Source: Chrysomallon squamiferum (Eukaryota > Animalia > Mollusca). From it: 64,000 bases of DNA. Of the stretch, positions 49,590-64,000 are shown one piece after another. Each line of letters begins with the position of its first letter. Within the stretch, counting starts at the first letter, position 1. A program made the position numbers and the translations under genes. A model generated the notes under the pieces. It searched no databases and was not told the DNA's origin. It worked only from the letters and a program-made list of their open reading frames with translations. Location of the stretch: NCBI GenBank assembly GCA_012295275.1, contig CM022667.1, positions 9,362,001 through 9,426,000 of the forward strand, read 5' to 3'.

Positions 49590-49730
49590 TGTTGACAGTT
49601 TTGGAAAGAAAGCATTTTATTGTCAAAGAGATGAAGTCTTTTTTTTATTTTTTTATTATTTATTTATTTTTTTTACTTTTGTTTTATTTTCTTACCTGTG
49701 TTCACCGTGTTATGCATGACACAGGTATTT
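49590..49730 (+). pseudogene. Degenerate leader exon homologous to gene K exon 1
   Basis: gttgacagttttggaaagaaagcattttattgtcaaagagATGAAGTCT...cttacctgtgttcacc...cacag|GTATT aligns with gene K gttgatggttttgtaaagaaagcagtttgctgtgaaagagATGCAGTCT...ttacctgtgttcacc. A T-rich expansion makes it 94 nt (phase 1), which is incompatible with the PAN exon. Confidence 0.6.
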
Positions 49731-51066
49731 TTCCACGCTTAGTGTCACATTAATTAGCAAGTCCAACGGTCCCGACTGAACCAGGCGCCGAGTCACCCAA
49801 ACTGAGAGCGAGGCTGACGCCAGGTTTTATACGGTGTTACGCAGTGGTTTCTGGAGTGTCGTGCGGAAAATTTGGCACTCGTTCTTATGTGACTTTTTGC
49901 GTTCGCCGGCGGTTTCGCGATCCTACTTTTTCCTTCGTTGTTGTTCGTCTTTCTTCTTCTCGCCGACGCCGCAGTTGCTGTTGTTGCGTTAGTAGCGTCA
50001 GCAGCAGCGGCAGTGGTAGTCGAAGTTATTGTTGTTCTTATCGTCGGCTTTGTTATTCGATTATTATTGTTTTTGCCGTTGCTATTGCGATCGTTATTAC
50101 TGGAGTGATTGATCGTCGTTGATGTTATTCTTACCGTCACCGTCTACGTGCCTACAGAAATTAAAGTTAACAGGTTATTAGATTCTTCTGACGAATGACG
50201 ACGCACACAATCTAAATGATAACGTAGCTGTGAATCTTTAATGCTTTGTTCTTCATGTGTCAGAAATTCTCCGAAGCGTATTCTAAAAGCCGATAATGAA
50301 ATTTAATATCCATTTCATGAAACCCGAATCTGCGCAGTGCAAGGGACTTTGAAATGTCTGTACTGTTGTCATATGAAACATAGACAAAATCAATGCCCAG
50401 AAAGATACAAAGTAACAAACTCTTTGTCAGAGTATTAAATAAAAAATTTAAAAAAAAAGTCCGTTTAATGATTTGTTTGCTAATTTGTTAATTTAGACTT
50501 TTTCTCTAATTATTTTACTTTTATTTTCCACTGAACAGATTAAGGAAAACAACAACAACTACTACTACTACTACTACTATAATACAACAACTGCTAATAC
50601 TACTGTATTATTACGACTACGACTACTACTATTACAACTACTATTACTACTGATACCACTATTTCTATACCACTCCAACTACTTATCATTACTTATAACA
50701 TTACTGCGACTATTCCTACTACCATTACTATTACTAAATTTATTAGAATTTATTCCAAAACTTCAAATATTACTTCAGATATTTTTATTATTTGACCTTT
50801 TTAACCTGATTCCTAATAAGTTCTTGTTCTCTCGGTTTTTCGTGTAACAGAAACATAAAGACTTCAGAATGAAGTAGTCGTTTATAATATTCGATCTATC
50901 AAAGAGCGTAAATAATTTACACACGCGCACTCTGCAATCGAATGTGAATCAAACTGGACGAAGTGGTATCCTCGTAGTTTTCTACGTCTGGCCTCACGCC
51001 TAAACAAACACACACAAAGACAATCGTACTAGCGCGTGAACAAACATGTACGCACACGTACACACA

Positions 51067-51109
<43 letters not shown>

Positions 51110-51121
51110 AGCGCTGTTTCC

Positions 51122-51220
<99 letters not shown>

Positions 51221-51711
51221 AAATTCTGTTTGCATAATTCTTTCGTCTTGTTTTTTATTTCACATGTTTATCATTTATATTCATGTTGTTTTTGTCTGTA
51301 TAACTTGTAATGAAAATGACATAAAAAAAAGAAGATTTTTTTACGTTCTAACTTTTTAGCGTAATATTAAAAAGTTTTCAAAATTTACACAGACAGACTT
51401 TTCAAACAAATATCTAGCATATTTCTCTATGCACAGTTCGAATCAAAGCGTATTCTAATTTCACACAAATATTCGTATTTCACAGTTCTGAGAACTCTGT
51501 CAATATTTGACATGTTCAGCAACAAACCAGATATAGTCATCATCATGTCCAGTCTCGTTTCACTCAAAAACATAACAAATACCATTATTAAAATATCAAA
51601 AAATGATTACGTGTTTTCTGTGGGTCTATATAAACTGTATGCTTTCAGGAGATGTAGGAGATGTTTAGTTGTTGCGTTTAGGATTGTAGTAAACACGTTT
51701 TCTATTGAAAT

Positions 51712-51785
51712 ATGAAGAATATTTACACAGGATGTTTTCTGTGGTTTGCAGTTCTTTTTAACTGTAACACTAACTGCAGTGAGAG
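51712..51785 (+). CDS. Distal alternative leader exon for lectin L (MKNIYTGCFLWFAVLFNCNTNCSE, phase 2)
   Basis: 74 nt, identical to gene M exon 1 (57641-57714), with donor AG|GTGAGT. In frame with the PAN exon at 53965. Upstream ~300 nt, including TATATAAA, is nearly identical to the gene M promoter. Confidence 0.55.
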
Positions 51786-52923
51786 GTGAGTGTTTTAGTT
51801 TAGATTGATTGGAAATCCTACATAAAAAGGCAGAATTTCTTTATAAATTAAGCTGATAGAAAATTTTAATTTTACTTATTTCTTTCTTTATGTTTGATTG
51901 TTAATTACGAGGGGAAAGTTTAGACGAAATGCAATGCAAATCACACGTCCATTCAAAGTACTGATTCTACGTTTCAAAAGTCAAAAAGTTAACTATTATC
52001 TGTTATTTTAAAATGAATACAAAATGAAGATAACATTTTGTTGATCAAAAATTTTAAAATTTTAATTTCCAAATCGTAAGTGGTGATTGTATCCATACAT
52101 AACAATGTCAATCCAAGATTTCACTAACTTTTAGTTCGATAAAATTACATACGTTTAATCTTCGTATCGTTAAGAAAAAAGGAACTAAAAAAATATATAA
52201 TCGAGCACTGAATTACTTAACGATTTCTTCAGTTTATACTGATTTTGACGCGACAGTAATATGGATCTGTAACGCTATCAACGGTTACGATAACGTTACG
52301 TTCACTCAAAATTCCACTTGTAATTGTTAATCAGATTTTTGTAAGAGGGAGGGGGAATGAGAGAAGAGGAGAGTGCGCGTGAGATGGAGGGTGGATAGGA
52401 GGAGGGGAGACACGGGTTGAGTGAAAGTGTGAGACAGACATTTAACTCAAACACATTTTTTTTTTTTTTTTTTTTTTTTATCTACTACACCATACGCGCA
52501 TAGTAACAAGAATCTAACAGAACAAATTTTATTTAAAGTTCTATCTGTTCACGTGTAATTATAATCACGGTAGATTATCTAAATGTTGCTGACATCCCAA
52601 CCTTATTTTATTTTATTGCATTTTTTCATTATTTTATTTATTTATTTATTATCAACTGCACCATACGTCATAGTAACAAGAATCAAAAAAATTTTTAAAA
52701 ATTTAAACTAAAGTTTTATTTATTGACGGATATTGTACACAGGTTGCTAACCCCCCTCCCTTTTACCAGAGACGTTATCGCTTTTAATTCTTCTGATGTT
52801 AGTTTAGTCCATTTCTTGTTTACGTGGATTTCAAAATACTCCCTTTTGCCTGGCAAAGTAGAAAATATTAACTTTTTAAAAATGTTTTTGCCTCCTTTCA
52901 AAAAGAGTCTAGATATGGCCATG

Positions 52924-53007
<84 letters not shown>

Positions 53008-53010
53008 GAA

Positions 53011-53058
<48 letters not shown>

Positions 53059-53061
53059 GAA

Positions 53062-53123
<62 letters not shown>

Positions 53124-53487
53124 GAATATGAATATTATTATTATTACTATTATGAATATTATGAATATTATTATTATTATTATCTCAACTACAGTATAAC
53201 CAAACTAAAAATCTACCAATGGTGTTCGCTTAACGCTTTGCTGGATAGAACAGCTAATTTATTTATTACAAAAGTAAGCAGGTATTGAATTTCTGTCACA
53301 GACCAATTGTTTCTGATACTTTTTTTGTTTTTTATTCCTTTATTCTCAGTTCTCAGTAAAATACATTGATAAATAAAGGTTGTGTTTATTTGTTTGCATA
53401 ACAATGTAAGTGTACGCTATTAAACTAGTAGATTGACTCTTTCGTTTTCTGAATTGCATACAGACTAGACAAGTTTACAGCTGAAAG

Positions 53488-55410
<1,923 letters not shown>

Positions 55411-55869
55411 CATCACAAATAAATATATTGTTTTGGGGTTGTTGGTTTTTTTTTTTTTTTTTTTTTTTTTTTTCTTGTTGTCTTCTTCTAATTTGTATCA
55501 GAACGGTTTTATATATTTTTTTTTTTTTTTTTTTTTACATACATCTTTTACTAATAGGAAAGAAGAAAGAGTGAAAAAGATAATTAATTAATTAATTAAC
55601 ACACACACACACACACACATACACATATACATACATATACGAAATAAATAACAAAAAATAAAATAAACAAATAAACAAACAAACAAATAAACAAACAAAC
55701 AAATAAAACAAACAAACAAATAAATAAAATAGGATTTCTTGTCGTTGCATCTGTTTCTGACATTGTCGTCGTCGTAGTTGTTGTTAATGTTACATAAATA
55801 TCGAATACAACCAAACCAAGAACGCCACGAATAATAGTATTTAGTCTAACAGTCGGAATCATTAACCTT

Positions 55870-56755
55870 AACAGTAATAACAATCAGAATTATTTACCAT
55901 AACAGTAAGAACAATAAGAATCATTTACCATAACAGTAAGAACAATCAGAATCATTTACCATAACAGTAAGAACGATAAGAATCATTTACCATAACAGTA
56001 AGAACAATCAGAATCATTTACCATAACAGTAAGAAAAATCAGAATTATTTACCATAACAGTAATAACAATCAGAATTATTTACCATAACAGTAAGAACAA
56101 TCAGAATCATTTGCAATAACAGTAAGAACAATAAGAATCATTTACAATAACAGTAAGAACGATAAGAATCATTTACAATAACAGTAAGAACAATAAGAAT
56201 CATTTACAATAACAGTAAGAACAGTCAGAATCATTTACCATAACAGTAAGAACAATCAGAATCATTTAGCGTAACAGTAAGAACAGTCAGAATCATTTAC
56301 CATAACAGTAAGAACAATCAGAATCATTTAGCATAACAGTAAGAACAATCAGAATTCATTTACCATAACAGTAAGAACAATAAGAATCATTTACCATAAC
56401 AGTAAGAATAAGAAGAATCATTTACCATAACAGTAAGAACAATCAGAATTATTTACCATAACAGAAAGAACAATAAGAATGATTTACCATAACAGTAAGA
56501 ATAAGAATAATCATTTACCATGACAGTAAGAACAATCAGAACCATTAACCATAACAGTAAGAACAATCAGAATCATTAACCATAACAGTAAGAACAATCA
56601 GAATCATTAACCATAACAGTTAGAACAATCAGAATCATTAACCATGACAGTAAGAACAATCAGAATCATTTACAATGACAGAAAGAACGATCAGAATCAT
56701 TAACCATGACAGTAATAACAGTCAGAATCATTAACCAAGACAGTAAGAACAATGA
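55870..56755. repeat. 31-bp minisatellite, ~28 copies, between lectins L and M
   Basis: Unit aacagtaagaacaatcagaatcatttaccat with graded variants (tttaccat, tttacaat, ttaaccatg). Confidence 0.92.
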
Positions 56756-56981
56756 GAAATGTAAGAGTAGCAGCGTGACGACTACGTCATCACCTGCAAC
56801 TCACCGCGTGTAGTTAAACGTTACAACAAAGACAACAAAATAAGCTCGAAATAATCGAAATAATCGAAATAATGAATTGATGAATTTTGCATTATTTGAT
56901 CCGCGCACCAACTCGACCATGTGATTCCATTTTGGCGCTGTTACTTTATCTGATTTTGTACTTCGTTTTTGGGGGTTTTTT

Positions 56982-57013
<32 letters not shown>

Positions 57014-57640
57014 TTTTTTATTCACCTTTCAATGTCTTTGCGTCCACGTCAATATGAGAATGGAATAAAATATTAAAGTTTTCATTGCTTAAATCATATT
57101 TACGTACATTCCATTTTCACGATAACATATTATATTAAATTTCATTGACAATCCTCTGAATGATTTTATATACTGATATTCTAATTTTTCAGCGTTTAAA
57201 TTATTAACAAATGCAAAAGTCTGTTTTAAGAAATATTAACTGGTACTTTCCGAATTGTTAAACAATCTATTAATGTTTAACATCTCTGTCAAAAAAAATA
57301 ATAATAAAAAAGTTTACACAAAGGGTCTTTTCAAACGAATCTCTAACATTTTTCGCTATGCACAGTTCAAATCAAAGCGTATTCTAATTTCACACAAATA
57401 TTCGTATTTCACAGTTCTGAGAACTCTGTCAATATTTGACATGTTCAGCAACAAACCAGATATAGTCATCATCATGTCCAGTCTCGTTTCATTCAAAAAC
57501 ATAACAAATACCATTATTAAAATATCAAAAAATGATTACGTGTTTTCTGTGGGTCTATATAAACTGTATGCTTTCAGGAGATGTAGGAGATGTTTAATTG
57601 TTGCGTTTAGGATTGTAGTAAACACGTTTTCTATTGAAAT

Positions 57641-60328
<2,688 letters not shown>

Positions 60329-60419
60329 TCTAGCGGCTTACAAGCAGTGTAAACAGCATGAGACTTTAAAAATGAGCTCGTTTTGGACTAACCTGTGCTT
60401 TTAACGCGATGTACAAATA

Positions 60420-61103
60420 CAGCGGTACCTGTCTTTAACGGTCCCAGAGATATACGGACACTTTTCCGAGTCCCGATTGTTTTTAAGTGGATGTGTGCCT
60501 TGTATTAGGGGCACCTTCTGAACACGGACACGGACAACATTTTGTTTCTTATTATTCCACTGGTAAAGCAGATACCCGTTTGGATTTTTTTTTTCTCTAA
60601 AATAAATAATGTTATTGTCGTACGGCAGCTGTCTGTATACGAGTTTTAAAAAAAAATTACCGTCGTCGTTTTTCGAATCACAAGAACCCGCGGACTGCAA
60701 ATTTCAAAACGCTTGCAGATAACTGTGATAAATCAATCATTCGACATCATTCTGTGCGTATTCGTGTTTTGCGGCTGGCAGAAGTCGGAGTTTTATTTCG
60801 CTTTCAGACGCAATATTTTGTGAAAACGTAAACGTACCTTACGCCTCTTATGACTTTTATCACGTCGCAAAATATGTGTTTTATTTACATCCAGCACTGA
60901 ACTGAGGGTGTCTGCAGCTGGGTTAGGGATCATTCGCGACGACGGCGTGTTTGTCGTTGTTTCTTCGTGTGATGGATGTGAATAAAGATTGTAAACATGT
61001 TCGGAAAAAGAAATTCTGTGTGTACTTTTTGTTCCTCCGATGAAGGGACAACCTGCAATTTAGGGACACTTTTGCTCGTGTCCGTACAAGACAGGTACCA
61101 CTG
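60420..61103. mobile_element. Non-autonomous Tc1/mariner-superfamily element (MITE), 684 bp
   Basis: Left TA|CAGCGGTACCTGTCTT and right AAGACAGGTACCACTG|TA: 16-bp TIR with 1 mismatch and TA target duplication. Subterminal ggacactttt motifs at both ends. No transposase ORF. Confidence 0.85.
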
Positions 61104-61344
61104 TACTCAAATTGCACTTAGTCTGCCTTGATATTTTAATTTTTTAATTTTTTTTTTATTTATTTAGTTGTTGTCGTTTTTTTTTTTTTTACATTCATCC
61201 TTTGCTAATAATAAAATTTTAGAGCATGCTGAACGTACACGTAGTTTTCCTTTTTTATTTAATTTTAAAAATAAAGTGTGATAAACTCTGTACTCTTTGA
61301 ATATATTACACTTATACATATACATTGATACATACATACATTCA

Positions 61345-61376
<32 letters not shown>

Positions 61377-62458
61377 ACTTTACTAACAACAACAGCAATA
61401 ATAATAATCATCATAATAATAATAATAATGGACGTAACTCTGACAGTTACCTTAAGTCGGTGTTGAAAGGAGTTGTCTCCCCTAATACACGTTTTTTTGG
61501 TATTACCGCTGGTATAATGTTTTGTGATAATTTCAGCGTGTTTTTATTAAAATAGCATTAAAATACCCAGAAACATCATTACAAACCTGACTGACGATTT
61601 CATACTCGTTTGATCAGCATGTCAAAGCAGAATATATAAAATAAAGCGATTATAGTTCATTCATGCCTTTACTTATTTATTTATTTGTTATTTATTAATG
61701 TTGTCGTTGTTGTTGTTACTGTATTTTTTGTTTGTTGGGTTTTTTTTAATTCTTTAATTAACTGTTTTATGTATATGTAGCTGTGTGTGTTTGTGTGTGT
61801 GCGTGCGTGCGTGTGAGTGGGTGTGTGTGTGTTTGTGTGTGTTTGTGTGTGAGCGTGAGTGCGTGTGAGTGTGTGTGTGTGCGTGCGTGTGTGTGTGTGT
61901 TTGTGTGGTGAAACGAAAGATGAAATGACTGTAGACATTCTGGGCAGACATACACACGAACATACAGGAAGATGGACGAACAAAAAGATAAATAAAGTGT
62001 TAGACATTAGTCATTCACAGGTAAAAGAAACAAAATCAATGAACCAATACCGTACAGAAACAGAAACACACACACAGACACACACAGACATTTTTAAAAA
62101 AAAACAAGCCTTCCCCATTTACTTCCGTATAACAAGAAAAGAGGATGTTTAATATCACAACAGTGTATAAAATATATTTGTATTTAATGTATGGTTTCCA
62201 GATACCCCGTCAGATAAAAATAAATTAAGGCACGCGCCACAGTTAAATATTTATTTTAGTACGCTACATTGGTTGTATTGTTTTGTGGTCTCTTTACGTA
62301 GGGCAAAAGTAAAATAGAAGAGTTTCCACATTGATTTGTCTGTCTACAAATTGTGGTACAAAGGTTTTTTCGATCTTCGGATTTAAGAACTGTACAGAGC
62401 GATATCATATACAAAGAAATAATTTTATTTTATTGTAATTTGTTTTGTTTTATTCTGT

Positions 62459-62518
<60 letters not shown>

Positions 62519-63817
62519 TTTAACTACCAATGTATTACTAATACTAAGTTGTGGCTGTAGTAGTAGCAGCAGCAGTAGTGGTAGTAGTGGTAGTAGTAGT
62601 AATAGTTGCAGCAGCAGTAGTAATAGTAGAAGTAGTAGTACCAGTAGTAATTGTAGAAGATGTAGAAGTAGCAATAGCAGTAATAGTAGAAGTAGCAGTA
62701 GTAGCAGTAGTAGTGGTGGTGGTAGATGTAGCAGTCCTTTTTGTTATCGTTGTTGTTGCAGCATTTTACTTTAGTTTTCTATTTCTATCAAAAAAATAAA
62801 AATTTAAAATTGTACGTACTAATCAACTCAAGCCTGAAATAATTCATAAACTGAGTTTAGCGAACTGCCAGCCATTTTTAAATCAGCCGGTATTAGTGCC
62901 AAAAATAAAAGTTTTTTGTACAGTGATCATATCAGAGAAAATAGTCTTCATTTTACTTTTACATGGATTAGCAACAATCGGTAACTAGTATGCACCTTCT
63001 CGTACACAGGAGAACAGATAAAACGAGATCTTTCGCAAAAACGGAACACTTGCCGGATCGGGAAATTATAACTACAAGCAAAGCAAACCGTTGGAGAACT
63101 CAGAAAAAAAAGAAAAAAAAAAGCGATCATCTTTGATCTAGCAAGTACCACTGCACTCTGAGTGCCGTTATTCAACAAGCACAGGACGGTTTATTATTCA
63201 TAACAATTTCAACCCTGTCGACAAGAAGTGAAACCCTTGTATACACGTGCATTTCACGCCACCAAAGGTCGATAATCGGTCGGTAACGAAGCAGCCACGT
63301 GTTAAATCACGCAGATCAAAAGAACTCGTTAAAACTCGCTTTTCATCCCGAGCCGCGGGTCTGGAAGGGGAACCGACAGTTTCAAGATGGCTGCGCAAGT
63401 TTAGAGACCCGTTTTGCTTATCTGCGTCCTCTTCGCGATGAATCCCGCCATTGTATTTGAAAGAAGCAGAAGACGATTAATTAGCGCCACCTATACGTCT
63501 GCTCATCTCGAGACGGGTCGCGTGCACCGTCTTAGACAGCTGTTGGTTTCAAGTGAGGCACGGCGTGTTCAAAGTAACGGTCGAATTGGCCAAGTGCTAC
63601 TGAAGGGAGAATGCACGTGCAGGATTATTACACACATCCCACGCGCCACTACTGACAGCTTTAACGTTTGGTTAATACAGAGACGTTTTCTTGTTCCTTT
63701 TAATTCTTGTGTTCGAGTGAATTAAGTCAGGTATTCTGGAAATGTCGACAACAGTGAAATTCCTAAAGACATTTTTTTCTTGAGAGAGCGTTAGTCTTAA
63801 ATCAGAGACGCATAAAC

Positions 63818-63906
<89 letters not shown>

Positions 63907-64000
63907 CCTCCCTCCCTCCCTCCCTCTCTCTCTCTCTATCTCTTTCTCTCTCTCTCTCTCTGTTACTTCATCTATCTATCTATCTACCTGAATATATAGA

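Noticed and set aside
52716-52922. ORF with KLTSEELKAITSL, reminiscent of Penelope-like retroelement N-termini
   Set aside because: Too short; no RT or GIY-YIG motifs nearby.
55870-56755. 31-bp repeat array as a possible CRISPR
   Set aside because: Head-to-tail units without unique spacers, no cas genes, eukaryotic context: an ordinary minisatellite.
62860-63725. GC-richer block with several 60-100 aa ORFs on both strands
   Set aside because: No recognisable motif, splice chain or terminal repeats. It may be regulatory DNA or an old repeat but cannot be assigned.

Overview
Eukaryotic, AT-rich, very microsatellite-dense genomic DNA with GT-AG introns. It is most likely a gastropod mollusc, inferred from a tRNA-derived Nin-type SINE and the lectin types. 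Almost all ORFs in the supplied track are simple-repeat artefacts; the real genes are spliced and were assembled by hand from splice sites and reading phase. (1) 1-11.8 kb: no protein-coding gene found; microsatellites, SINE remnants and some unique non-coding blocks. (2) 11.9-22.1 kb: two tandem minus-strand 15-hydroxyprostaglandin-dehydrogenase-like classical SDR genes with complete exon chains (276 aa and 345 aa). Each has an unusual N-terminal extension: Cys/Pro-rich in one, and in the other two extra exons that look like decayed copies of the Rossmann-fold exon. The second gene also has an intronic antisense copy of one of its own exons. (3) 24.5-60.3 kb: an array of secreted lectin genes built as leader exon + PAN/Apple exon + two C-type-lectin exons. 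There are five minus-strand copies (three intact, two with frameshifts), two plus-strand copies and one inverted orphan sugar-binding exon. Most notable in the array: interchangeable phase-2 leader/promoter cassettes placed almost mirror-symmetrically around ~48 kb, mosaic variation concentrated at the EPN/WND loop, paired loss of the inner CTLD disulfide in one subfamily, and tandem repeats of the last-exon splice acceptor. A Tc1 transposase remnant, a TA-flanked MITE and several minisatellites are also present. Part of the recent repeat array (37.7-38.2 kb) looks like consensus error, so copy number and frameshifts need read-level checking.
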